DNA from: Candidatus Magasanikiibacteriota bacterium
GTDB taxonomy: Bacteria; Patescibacteriota; Patescibacteriia; Magasanikbacterales; GWA2-37-8
DNA length: 64,000 bases
Assembly: GCA_030650025.1 (NCBI GenBank)
Contig: JAUSEN010000015.1
Coordinates: 13,728-77,727, forward strand
Reading direction: 5' to 3'
In this document: positions 46,593-58,114 of the stretch, in pieces
How positions within the stretch are numbered: the stretch's first letter is position 1
How the letters are laid out: the number at the start of each line of letters is the position of its first letter
The notes under the pieces: model-generated
What the model was told of the DNA's origin: nothing
Database searches by the model: none
Seen by the model: only the letters and a program-made list of their open reading frames with translations
Made by a program: the position numbers and the translations under genes

Positions 46593-46983
46593 AAGGAGAA
46601 TTGCGGAATTTTCGTTTTGTAAAAAATGTCGCTTCTAAAAAAATTAAAAATAGAATATAAAGGGGGGCGTTCCACCAAGTTAGGAGGGACTGCCCCAGCA
46701 AAATAAAAATTCCTACCAAACCGACCCCTATTAGCACGGATTGCCGAAAAGCATTTTTAACGTGGCGAAAGACCAGCTCGTCATTGCGAATAAAATACCG
46801 CCGCACTATGATCCCCAAAACAGAACCAGAGCCAATCAACGCTAAAAATAAACTGATATAGAAAAAAGACATCTCCAGAGCCGAAGCGGCTAAGGGATTA
46901 ACTAAAAAAAGAGTAAAACCCCAGCCCAGCCAACAAATCGCTGTTCCGAGTACCATCAGTAAGAGATATTGTTTAAGAGTCAT
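46585..46983 (-). CDS. hypothetical 4-TM membrane protein coupled to mreB
   Basis: Hydrophobic ORF overlapping the mreB start. Confidence 0.7.
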   Translation of the reverse strand: MTLKQYLLLMVLGTAICWLGWGFTLFLVNPLAASALEMSFFYISLFLALIGSGSVLGIIVRRYFIRNDELVFRHVKNAFRQSVLIGVGLVGIFILLGQSLLTWWNAPLYILFLIFLEATFFTKRKFRNSPYV

Positions 46984-47035
46984 AACTTCGTTATGTTAGC
47001 CTATTATTAGACGAAAAGCAAGCTTAAACCAGAGT

Positions 47036-47350
47036 TTAAAAAATTGGCTGCAGTGGAGCAAATTTTATATCTAAAACAATTCTCGTACCGAGGGCCTGTT
47101 CCAACTCGTTTAAAATTTGCTTTTTCTTGAGACGAATTTCCGCTGCCACCGCCGGTGAGGCCACACCCACTAATAGGACGCTGTTTTTAAAACAGATAAT
47201 ATTTAAATAATCTGGAATCAACTTGGGAAAATAATTTTCCAAAATTTGGTTAGCCTTCTCTACTACTAAGGCCGCTGTTACCTGGCGCGCCAAGGGTCTT
47301 TGGCCTTGCGAGCGGTCTTCTAAAATTTTTCTAATAGTCAAAAAACTCAT
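47036..47350 (-). CDS. DciA/DUF721-like protein
   Basis: L.VGVASPAVAAEIRL.K..IL..L...LG...V.DI.F pattern; ATGA overlap with the helicase stop. Confidence 0.7.
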   Translation of the reverse strand: MSFLTIRKILEDRSQGQRPLARQVTAALVVEKANQILENYFPKLIPDYLNIICFKNSVLLVGVASPAVAAEIRLKKKQILNELEQALGTRIVLDIKFAPLQPIF

Positions 47351-50300
47351 ACGCGCCATTCACAAATATCCCGCCAATCGCAACGCGCGCAAACAAACTG
47401 GCTCGGCGTGGCCGTAAAATCACCCGTCATAATCTGGCTAATAGTCCCGGCTAATTTGGCTTTTAATTTCTCTAAATCTTTTGACTCGCCAATAAACGAC
47501 TGCTTAATTTCGTCATTTAAATAATAAAATGTTAATTTGCTCGGCTTACCAATATTTTTAAATTCAGAAATTTCGCCGACCGCAATTTGGTAGAGCAAAA
47601 GTTGTTCTTTGTCATCGCTCGTTAATTTGTCCTTGCTCTGGCCGGTTTTGTAATCAATAATTTCAATAGTGCCATCCGGCAGCTGGTCCAGCCGGTCGAT
47701 ACGACCATTCATCACATACTCCCCCACTTTAATTTTGAACCAGCTTTCAAGACCAATTGGGATGTTCCAATTGCCTTCCTCTGCACTATAAAAAACTTTA
47801 AGAATATCTTTGCCTTTTTTATACATATCTTCACGTTGGCGCTTGTTTTGGTACCAATCACTAATCCATTTGGCATCGTAGATTTTGAGAAGTTCGGCAA
47901 ATTCTGGGGCCTTAATAAGGCCATCTTTTTTGGCCACCGCTCGAGGCGGGGTATCAAATAAAGACACTTGTGAAGCGCTATTAAGCTCTTTTATTCGCTC
48001 ATAAAACGCCTGAAGAGTACTGTGCAGGCTAAGGCCAAAACTAAAACTGGCACTTCCCTTCATGGGAATACGGAGGATATGCGCGAGTTTATATTGATAC
48101 GGGCAGGTTTCGTAAGAGCGGAGCTGTGAGAAAGAAAAAGTTTTTGGCATTTCGTATTCGCCCGGCGCGGCCGGTTTAGCGCGTTCGGTTTTTTTAGGCA
48201 GTTCTATTTTTTTCTTGGCTTTATTTTCTGGCGCCACCAAACCAATCTCATCTAAAAAACGGCTGATTTTTTTAGCCCGAACGCCGCCGTAGTCAAAAGC
48301 ACTCGTAAAATAAAGGCGTTCTTTGGCGCGGGTCATGGCAACATAAAATAAACGTCGTTCTTCTTGCAGATGGCTGTCGCCCTCGGGGAGCTGTTCTTTT
48401 ACCAGGGGGTCGGGAATTTGCAAAGCTTCCGAGCGGCTCCGGGCCGGGAAACGGTCCTCGACTAGGTTTACCACAAATACATAGCGCCATTCTAGGCCTT
48501 TAGCCGCGTGCACCGTTAAAATATTAATCGACTCCGGTGTGTCGCTCGGCTGGTACAGACTACCTTTGTCGCCGGCTGCGACCACCATTAAAAAGTGCTC
48601 GATAAAATTATTAACGTGCGCGTCGGGCGTTATTGCCTCGTACTCCGCAATATAGTCAAAAAATTGTTTTAAATAGCGAATTTGGCGAATAACAGCGCCC
48701 ACCCCTTTGTTTTCTTGGTGCGTTAAGTATGTGAGATAGCCGCTATTTTCTAGGAAGTTATAGAGCACCACCGAAGGCTTGTCCGCGCGCGTAGCCTGAA
48801 GACCGGCGTGGATAATATCGATAAGTTTATTGCCAACCGCAACACCCGCTGGCGAAACGCCAAATTCGGCCGCGCGCTTAAGCGCCTCGTAGTAGGAAAT
48901 ACTTTTACGTTTTGCGCCACTAGTGATTTTTTGTAAATCATTTTCTTTAAATTCCAAAAATGGCAGGCAAAGCAGGCGGTATATGGCGCTCGACTCGTGG
49001 AAATTACTAAGCACTTTAAAAAAATTGACGCAATCAAGAATAATCGCCTGGCGATACAAGCCCGACGACGCCAAAAACTCGTAGGGAATGCCGCGGCTTT
49101 CAAAACCGTTAATAAACGCGTCCGCGTGGCTATTGGCGCGCACCAGAATCGCAAAATCGTCCCAGGTTATGTCTTCATTGGCATCTTTCAAACGCACGAT
49201 TTCTGTGAGCACGGCCGTGACTTCTTCTTCGGCAGTGGCTTTGTGTATGTGTGTTACCGTTCCCAAATTGTCATTCCGACCCGCCCTGGGCGGGGAGGAA
49301 TCTCTGTCCGTTCGCGGTCGCGAACGAGATTTCTCCCCGCCCGCCTGACTTGCATCAGCGTGTCGGGCAGGCTTCGTCGTCGAAATGACAGTTTTTTTAG
49401 CTATCAGTTTTTTATCGATTTTAAGTTTAACCTCCAGGCGGTCCGGGTTATTATTTTGAATGGACTTGTATGCAACATCAAGAATAGCTTGACCCGAGCG
49501 AAAGTTTTCCGAGAGCACCACTTCTTTAGCGTCTTGGTAATCGTCTTTAAAGCGCAGAATATTACTGACGCTGGCGCCGCGGAACGCGTAAATACTCTGG
49601 TCATCGTCCCCGACTACGGTGAGCTGCGATTTTTCGTCAGCCAGAAGCTTGATCAGCTCGTATTGCGCGTAGTTCACATCCTGGAACTCATCAACCAAAA
49701 TATATTTATACTTATTTTGGAATAGTTTTAAAATATTTGGCCGTTCGCGAAAAAGTTTAACCGTGTAAGAAAGCAAATCGCCAAAATCCATAAGCGCGCT
49801 ATCTCGGAGGAGCTGATTGTAAGTGTGGTACGCTAGAGCGAGCTCGGTCAGGCGATTCTTTTCTTCCCCGCCCAGGGCGCCGTTCTGATCTTTTTTGGTT
49901 CCCTCGGCATATTCCAGATATTCCTCGGGCGTAATCAGTTCGTCTTTGCACTTAGAGAAGTGCTTTAAAAATTCATGGATGTGTTTAGTAGGGTTACCGA
50001 GCGGGCGGTAATAATTTAAGTTAAATTTATCGAGGTTCTTCTGGATTAATATCCAACCGGCTGTGTCGGTTAAAAGCTTAAACGAATTGCTCAAACCAAT
50101 ATCAATGGCGTGATGCTCAAGAATTTTTTGGCAAAACGCGTGAAAAGTGGAGATGTGCAAATCCGCGTAGCCAACATTCGTAATTTCGTCCACCCGGGTC
50201 TGCATTTCCTCGGCGGCTTGGTCGGTAAATGTTAGAGCCAAAACTTCTTCGGGCTTGGCCAATTTCTCTTCAAGCAAACGGCAAATTTTGCTGGTGATAA

Positions 50301-50400
50301 CCGTCGTCTTCCCCGTGCCCGCGCCTGCCACAATCAAAAGCGGGCCGGCGACATATTCCACGGCTTCGCGCTGCGCTTTGTTTAATTTAAAATCCGGCAT
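47347..50400 (-). CDS. UvrD/PcrA-type SF1 helicase with C-terminal PD-(D/E)xK nuclease (AdnB/AddA-like)
   Basis: AGAGTGKT, DEFQD, GDDDQSIY, NFRS, TVHAAKGLE, EERRLFYVAMTRAK; CPY...GRIDR..IIDYKT...CARCDWRDIC; GGAG RBS before ATG 50400. Confidence 0.9.
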   Translation of the reverse strand: MPDFKLNKAQREAVEYVAGPLLIVAGAGTGKTTVITSKICRLLEEKLAKPEEVLALTFTDQAAEEMQTRVDEITNVGYADLHISTFHAFCQKILEHHAIDIGLSNSFKLLTDTAGWILIQKNLDKFNLNYYRPLGNPTKHIHEFLKHFSKCKDELITPEEYLEYAEGTKKDQNGALGGEEKNRLTELALAYHTYNQLLRDSALMDFGDLLSYTVKLFRERPNILKLFQNKYKYILVDEFQDVNYAQYELIKLLADEKSQLTVVGDDDQSIYAFRGASVSNILRFKDDYQDAKEVVLSENFRSGQAILDVAYKSIQNNNPDRLEVKLKIDKKLIAKKTVISTTKPARHADASQAGGEKSRSRPRTDRDSSPPRAGRNDNLGTVTHIHKATAEEEVTAVLTEIVRLKDANEDITWDDFAILVRANSHADAFINGFESRGIPYEFLASSGLYRQAIILDCVNFFKVLSNFHESSAIYRLLCLPFLEFKENDLQKITSGAKRKSISYYEALKRAAEFGVSPAGVAVGNKLIDIIHAGLQATRADKPSVVLYNFLENSGYLTYLTHQENKGVGAVIRQIRYLKQFFDYIAEYEAITPDAHVNNFIEHFLMVVAAGDKGSLYQPSDTPESINILTVHAAKGLEWRYVFVVNLVEDRFPARSRSEALQIPDPLVKEQLPEGDSHLQEERRLFYVAMTRAKERLYFTSAFDYGGVRAKKISRFLDEIGLVAPENKAKKKIELPKKTERAKPAAPGEYEMPKTFSFSQLRSYETCPYQYKLAHILRIPMKGSASFSFGLSLHSTLQAFYERIKELNSASQVSLFDTPPRAVAKKDGLIKAPEFAELLKIYDAKWISDWYQNKRQREDMYKKGKDILKVFYSAEEGNWNIPIGLESWFKIKVGEYVMNGRIDRLDQLPDGTIEIIDYKTGQSKDKLTSDDKEQLLLYQIAVGEISEFKNIGKPSKLTFYYLNDEIKQSFIGESKDLEKLKAKLAGTISQIMTGDFTATPSQFVCARCDWRDICEWRV
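49269..49390. repeat. 122-bp palindromic element TGTCATT...AATGACA inserted in frame in the helicase
   Basis: Two inverted arms, each TGTCATT(C/T)CGAC-hairpin-GGAG(G/A)AATCT, central CGTTCGCG-GT-CGCGAACG hairpin, nested CCCGCCTGAC...GTCGGGCAGG hairpin. Confidence 0.85.
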
Positions 50401-50451
50401 ATATTTATCTCCCTTAATTTTTACCATATTTTGCGCGCTCTGTCTAATAGC

Positions 50452-50488
50452 AAAAACCGCCGAGAGGTTAAACTATCCCAGCGGTTTT
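50452..50488 (-). terminator. intrinsic terminator after the ABC transporter gene
   Basis: AAAACCGCTGGGA...TCTCGGCGGTTTTT stem with T-tract. Confidence 0.7.
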
Positions 50489-50505
50489 AAAGCTAAACTT
50501 TTATT

Positions 50506-52290
50506 TTACGGCGTCGCTCCATCAACCAGAAAACCTCCGGCTTGGCGCCGCCACAAATCACCGTATAAAGATTTTTCTTTCTTCAGGAGCTCGGCGTGAG
50601 TCCCCTCTTCGATTACAATGCCGTTGTTTACTACGATGATTCGATCCATTTTCATGATTGTAGACAACCGATGGGCAACCACAAGCACGGTCTTGTTCTT
50701 CATTAGCGTATTCAGAGCGTCCTGAATCAGGCTCTCGGACTCCGAATCCAAGCTAGAAGTGGCTTCATCCAAAATTAAAATTGGCGTATTACGTAAGATC
50801 GCTCGGGCAATCGCGACGCGCTGGCGTTCGCCGCCGGAAAGCTTCACCCCGCGTTCGCCCACAAATGTCTTATAGCCCTCGGGGAAACCCGAGATAAATT
50901 CGTCGCAGTGCGCGAGTTTTGCCGCCACCACCACCTCTTCGTCGCTCGCCTCTGATTTACCATAGCGAATATTTTCCAGGAGTGATCGGTGAAACAAAAT
51001 TGGGTCTTGCGGGACCAAGCTGACGCTCAACCACAAACTCTCTTGGGTCACTTGGTCTATTCTTTGCCCATCAATAGTAATGGTTCCGCCGGCAATATCA
51101 TGCTGGCGCAGAAGCAATTTAACGACGGTGGATTTCCCAGCGCCGCTCGGGCCGACCAAAGCAATTTTTTCGTGCGGCTTAACGCTTAAATTAAAGCGCG
51201 AAAAAATTTTACGCGTCTCGTGATAATAAAAATCCACCTCTTTAAATTTAATTTCGCCCTTATTAACCTCCAATTTTTTAGCCATGGCACTGTCAACAAT
51301 TTCATGCGGCGTGTCGAGAATCTGGGTCATTTCCGCGGCATCGGCCAAATCCGTGTAAACATGGCGAATTAAACGCCCAAAACTCCACACCCGGCCAACG
51401 ATTATCATCACATAAGACTGAATCAAAACAAAGTCACCAATCGTCACCAGCCCCTTTTGCCATAAGCGAATCGCTATGTAGAGGAGCAGGATATCAATCG
51501 TCGCGGACAAGGCCGCTTGAATGCTTTCAAATATGTTATCCAGATTCCAGGTAAATTTGCGTAATTTTCTTACGATATCAATCAATTCGGAAAAAGCACT
51601 AACTTCTCGACGATAACCCACAAACAATTTAACGTTGCTGTTGTTTGTTATGGTATCGGCCAAATGTGCCGTGGATTTAGTCTCGGCCGCGCTGCGCTTA
51701 AGGTCAAATTTAATTTTATAAGTGGAGAATATCCAATTAAACGAGATAAACACCACCACCCACACGGCCGCGGCTAACCCCAAATAAAAATTTAAACGCC
51801 ACAGCACCACCATCACAAACAGCATTTCCACGAGGAGTGGCACCAGATCCCAAGTAACGCGGTCGCAGATATTTTCGAACGCTCTGGTAAAATAATTCAC
51901 CCGTTTAACCAAGGATCCGACAAAATTATTATTAAAAAACTTAAAGGAGTGCCGGTGCAAGTAGCGATAGCAAGTATTCGTTAAGTTGGCCATCGAGCGG
52001 CTAAAAAATTCATTGGCACAAAAAAAAGCTAAACGCCAAAAAACCCAGCGCCCGGCCTCAAACAAGGCCAAAATAACCAGGATATAAAATAATTTTTGGA
52101 CTATAATGCTTTCTGATTCCGGAGAGGCTAAAATATCAAAAAACTGCTTATAATAAAGCGGCATGATAACGCCCATGAGCGTTGCCAAAATTGAGCCAAG
52201 CAGCATAAAACTACCCGCCTTTTTATTGCGGCGAGCTTCTTGCCAATATTTGGCTAGGGTCGATAAAATGTGAGTTTTTGGATTGGACAT
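50506..52290 (-). CDS. ABC exporter, fused TMD-NBD (MsbA/ATM-like)
   Basis: 6-TM domain, GPSGAGKS, LSGGERQR, LDEATSSLD. Confidence 0.92.
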   Translation of the reverse strand: MSNPKTHILSTLAKYWQEARRNKKAGSFMLLGSILATLMGVIMPLYYKQFFDILASPESESIIVQKLFYILVILALFEAGRWVFWRLAFFCANEFFSRSMANLTNTCYRYLHRHSFKFFNNNFVGSLVKRVNYFTRAFENICDRVTWDLVPLLVEMLFVMVVLWRLNFYLGLAAAVWVVVFISFNWIFSTYKIKFDLKRSAAETKSTAHLADTITNNSNVKLFVGYRREVSAFSELIDIVRKLRKFTWNLDNIFESIQAALSATIDILLLYIAIRLWQKGLVTIGDFVLIQSYVMIIVGRVWSFGRLIRHVYTDLADAAEMTQILDTPHEIVDSAMAKKLEVNKGEIKFKEVDFYYHETRKIFSRFNLSVKPHEKIALVGPSGAGKSTVVKLLLRQHDIAGGTITIDGQRIDQVTQESLWLSVSLVPQDPILFHRSLLENIRYGKSEASDEEVVVAAKLAHCDEFISGFPEGYKTFVGERGVKLSGGERQRVAIARAILRNTPILILDEATSSLDSESESLIQDALNTLMKNKTVLVVAHRLSTIMKMDRIIVVNNGIVIEEGTHAELLKKEKSLYGDLWRRQAGGFLVDGATP

Positions 52291-52355
52291 AACAAAATAC
52301 TGCATTTTAAGCACAAAAACAGCCTGCCCTTATGCAGTTCTACAATAGAAGACGT

Positions 52356-52387
52356 AAAAATCTCTGATTTATTACATCACCAGAAAA
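52356..52387 (-). terminator. probable terminator of the atp operon
   Basis: TTTCTGGT...ATCAGAGA stem (with G-U pairs) followed by TTTTT after atpC. Confidence 0.5.
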
Positions 52388-52396
52388 ACCCCATTA

Positions 52397-52831
52397 TTAT
52401 TTAGAAGAAGATATTTTTCGATATTTATTGCCAACCCGTAATCTCGACAACGCTTTTTCCATACTGGCTTGCAAAGTTACGTATTCCACGTCGTCTTTAA
52501 AACGGGCTGAAGACATTAAACTGGCGGCTTTCGCTCTCGCCTCTTCCGCGCGCGCCAAATCAATCTCGGTGGCGTGTTCAGCCGTATCCGCTAAAATAAC
52601 CACTTCACTTTTCGGTTTCACTTCAATAAACCCAGTGGAAACCGCGATCAGCTTCTCCTCTCCATTTTTAACATAGCGCAACTCACCAGGCTGCATTAAG
52701 CTCACCAGCGGAATATGATGAGGCAAAATTGTGATTTCGCCGGTTTTAGTCATAACTGTAATCTGGGAGACTTCATCGCTAAAAACCACGCGCTCGGGAG
52801 TAATAATTTTAAATTTGATTAAATCAGCCAT
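52397..52831 (-). CDS. atpC: ATP synthase epsilon subunit
   Basis: IITPER, GEITILPHHIPL, GFIEV, ILADTAE...ID. Confidence 0.95.
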   Translation of the reverse strand: MADLIKFKIITPERVVFSDEVSQITVMTKTGEITILPHHIPLVSLMQPGELRYVKNGEEKLIAVSTGFIEVKPKSEVVILADTAEHATEIDLARAEEARAKAASLMSSARFKDDVEYVTLQASMEKALSRLRVGNKYRKISSSK

Positions 52832-52840
52832 AAAAACAAA

Positions 52841-53089
52841 TTATTGATATTTAACCGTCTCATCAAAATCTATTATGTGTTCTCCGGTCTCCAAATCAAA
52901 ACTTAACCTGCAGTGCCACTGCTGGTTCCTTTCATCAAATTTATTTCCAATATAAACACAAGTTTTTCCAGCATCCTGCATTTCATCTTTTAGATAAGTA
53001 AAACCTCGTTCAGATAAAATAGATTTTGCTTTTATTCTGCAACTTTCTCTATTAAGTTCTCTCGTTTTCTCAATAGTTAATTCCGACAT
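52841..53089 (-). CDS. orphan 82-aa protein between atpD and atpC
   Basis: AT-rich ORF exactly filling the gap; no recognisable motif. Confidence 0.55.
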   Translation of the reverse strand: MSELTIEKTRELNRESCRIKAKSILSERGFTYLKDEMQDAGKTCVYIGNKFDERNQQWHCRLSFDLETGEHIIDFDETVKYQ

Positions 53090-53095
53090 AAAAAA

Positions 53096-55398
<2,303 letters not shown>

Positions 55399-55404
55399 AT
55401 AAAA

Positions 55405-58101
55405 TTAAGCCCGCGCCTGGCGCCGAGACAATAATCTGCTAATTAATACTTTGGCAATTTCCAAAACAATTACTACCGTCAATGCCACCGGTAAAATAAT
55501 AAAATAATCATTAAGCGCTAAGGAAAAAGTGTTAAAAGGTTTGTGGAGAATTGGCCAATACACCACCGCCCCAAGTAAAAGCAACTCCCACAAGACGGCG
55601 CGATTGAGCCACTTATTACTAAAGAAATTACGGAACATTGTAATTGATTCCGAACGAAACGCGTACGCTTTAATAAATTCAACCAACACCAAATTGACAA
55701 ATATTATTGTCATGACCTCACTCTCTGGCCTACCTTGGCCAAGCAAAAATATAAATAAAGCGATATTGATTACCATGGACCAAACGCCCCCGGTTAACAT
55801 TAAAGCCACAACCGGCTTCGTAAAAATGCCGGTTTTAAGATTGCGGGGCTTTTCGGACATCAAATTCTTGCGCGGCGGGTCTACGGCCAAAGCCAAAGCC
55901 GGGAGCCCATCGGTCGCGAGGTTAACATACAAAATCTGCACCGCCGTGAGCGGCAACGGGAGGCCTATTACCGTCGCGCCGACCATGATGCCAATTTCAC
56001 CGATATTGCTAGACAAAAGATAAGTTAAATATTTTTTAATGTTTCCAAAAATAATTCTCCCTTCTTCAATCGCGGCCACGATGGAAGCAAAATTGTCATC
56101 AAGGAGAAGCATATCCGCGGCTTCTTTAGCCACGTCCGTGCCGGTAATACCCATGGCAATGCCAATGTCGGCTTTTTTAAGAGCCGGAGCGTCATTAACG
56201 CCATCTCCTGTCATCGCGACCACGTGCCCGCGCGCTTGCAGGGCCGTTACCACGCGTAATTTATGCTCGGGAGAAACGCGCGCGCAAACATCGACCGACT
56301 CAATTTTATTCTCCAATTCTAACGCTGACATTTTTTCTAGTTCCGGGCCTGTTACTACTACGCCCGTCGCATTAATTAAACCCAGTTCGCGCGCAATGGC
56401 TTCGGCTGTAATGGGGTGGTCGCCGGTAATCATCATCACTTTGATTCCGGCGGCGCGACTGGTGGCAATAGCCTCGGCCGCTTCTAAGCGCGGCGGGTCA
56501 ATCATGGCCGCTAGTCCCAAAAACACCAATTCACTAGGCTTAGTGCCAAGCGCCCCGCTCTCTTTGGAAGCTATCGCGATTACCCGGAGCGCTAATTTGG
56601 AAAAATCTTCGACTTGGTTTTGTATCATACGCCGGTAGTCGTCTGTTAAGGGCGAGAAACCGCTGCCAGTCGCGATCTGGGTGCAAAAACCGAGCACGAT
56701 CTCGGCCGCGCCTTTAGCATACTGAATCTCGTAGTCAGAAGTTTTGTGAGCCGTGGCCATAAACTTATCTTCGCTACTAAAAGGAATTTCTGCGACTCGC
56801 GAGTATTCGCTGTCCAGCTCGGTTTTAATCAAACCGGCCTTAGCCGCCGCGACTACCAAGGCCCCTTCAGTGGGGTCGCCTTTAATATCCCACTGTTTGG
56901 CTTCATTCTCAATTAAATGCGCGTCCGAGCAAAGCGCGCCGGCCTTCAAAAACTCCAAAAAGCCGCCCTCGACCAAAACCGGTTTATCGCTAGCCAAAAA
57001 ATCACCCTCTGGTTCATACCCCGCGCCAGTTACATCAATAATCGGTCGCCCCGGCAAATAGATCTTGCGCACCGTCATTTCATCTTTTGTGAGAGTGCCG
57101 GTTTTATCCGTGCAAATTACGGTGGTCGCGCCGAGAGTCTCTACGGCCGGCAACCGCCGAACCAAGGCGTTTCTCTTAACCATTCTTTGTACGCCAATAG
57201 ACAAGGAAATTGTCACCACGGCCGGCAGCGCCTCTGGTACCACGGCCACGGCTAAAGCCACGCCAAACAATAATATTTCCACGAGTGGCGAGCCCCGAAA
57301 CAGACCAACCCCAACAATCACCGCTACGATTACAAACGCCGCCTGCGCCAAGCGCTTACCTACCACTGCCAAATTCTTTTGCAAAGGCGTGACCATGGAA
57401 ACGACCTCCTGAAGCATTCCGGCGATCTTACCAATTTCTGTATTCATTCCCGTCGCGACCACGACCGCGAGGCCTCGGCCATAACTGATATTAGTAGAGG
57501 CAAATACCATATTTTTGCGATCGCCCAAGGCCGCGTCTCTCGCCGCGATTGCTTCGGAGTGCTTTTCCACGGGTACAGATTCACCTGTCAAAGACGCTTC
57601 CTCGGCCTTCATATTAACCGACTCGATAATTCTGGCATCCGCCGCGATTCTATCGCCAGCCCCTAAAACTAAAATATCGCCGGGCACAATCTCTTCGGCC
57701 AAAATTTCGACCTCTTGCCCGCCGCGTAAAATGGTGGCGATTGGCGCCGCCATTTTTTTCAAAGCTTCCATGGCCTTTTCCGCCCGAAATTCTTGAACAA
57801 AACCCAAAATAACGGCAAACAAAACAATTACGCCAATCGCAATAGCTTCTACCGCGTGGCCAAGAAACCCGGACAACGCCACGCCCAAAAGCAAAATAAT
57901 AACTAAAATATTTTTAAACTGGCCTAAAAATACAGCGAAGGGAGAGATGCTTTTAGTCACAGCTAACCGGTTCAACCCAAATTGCGCCAGGCTGTGCTGG
58001 GCTTGTTCCACAGTTAATCCGCGGGTGCTCTCTGACCCGAGACTTTTTAGCACTGCCTCGCTGGTTTTAGAGTGCCATGGCTCTTGGCTAGAATCTGTCA
58101 T
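55405..58101 (-). CDS. P2A-type (Ca2+-like) cation-transporting P-type ATPase
   Basis: TGES, PEALP, DKTGTLT, KGA, MITGD, GDGVND, SSNIGE, NLATDGLP; ATG 58101 preferred. Confidence 0.93.
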   Translation of the reverse strand: MTDSSQEPWHSKTSEAVLKSLGSESTRGLTVEQAQHSLAQFGLNRLAVTKSISPFAVFLGQFKNILVIILLLGVALSGFLGHAVEAIAIGVIVLFAVILGFVQEFRAEKAMEALKKMAAPIATILRGGQEVEILAEEIVPGDILVLGAGDRIAADARIIESVNMKAEEASLTGESVPVEKHSEAIAARDAALGDRKNMVFASTNISYGRGLAVVVATGMNTEIGKIAGMLQEVVSMVTPLQKNLAVVGKRLAQAAFVIVAVIVGVGLFRGSPLVEILLFGVALAVAVVPEALPAVVTISLSIGVQRMVKRNALVRRLPAVETLGATTVICTDKTGTLTKDEMTVRKIYLPGRPIIDVTGAGYEPEGDFLASDKPVLVEGGFLEFLKAGALCSDAHLIENEAKQWDIKGDPTEGALVVAAAKAGLIKTELDSEYSRVAEIPFSSEDKFMATAHKTSDYEIQYAKGAAEIVLGFCTQIATGSGFSPLTDDYRRMIQNQVEDFSKLALRVIAIASKESGALGTKPSELVFLGLAAMIDPPRLEAAEAIATSRAAGIKVMMITGDHPITAEAIARELGLINATGVVVTGPELEKMSALELENKIESVDVCARVSPEHKLRVVTALQARGHVVAMTGDGVNDAPALKKADIGIAMGITGTDVAKEAADMLLLDDNFASIVAAIEEGRIIFGNIKKYLTYLLSSNIGEIGIMVGATVIGLPLPLTAVQILYVNLATDGLPALALAVDPPRKNLMSEKPRNLKTGIFTKPVVALMLTGGVWSMVINIALFIFLLGQGRPESEVMTIIFVNLVLVEFIKAYAFRSESITMFRNFFSNKWLNRAVLWELLLLGAVVYWPILHKPFNTFSLALNDYFIILPVALTVVIVLEIAKVLISRLLSRRQARA

Positions 58102-58114
58102 GATAAAAACTCTG

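Noticed and set aside
50520-52392. Imperfect direct repeat (CATCAACCAGAAAACCTCC / CATCACCAGAAAAACCCC) flanking the ABC transporter
   Set aside because: Short, needs indels, and one copy is explained by the atp terminator stem
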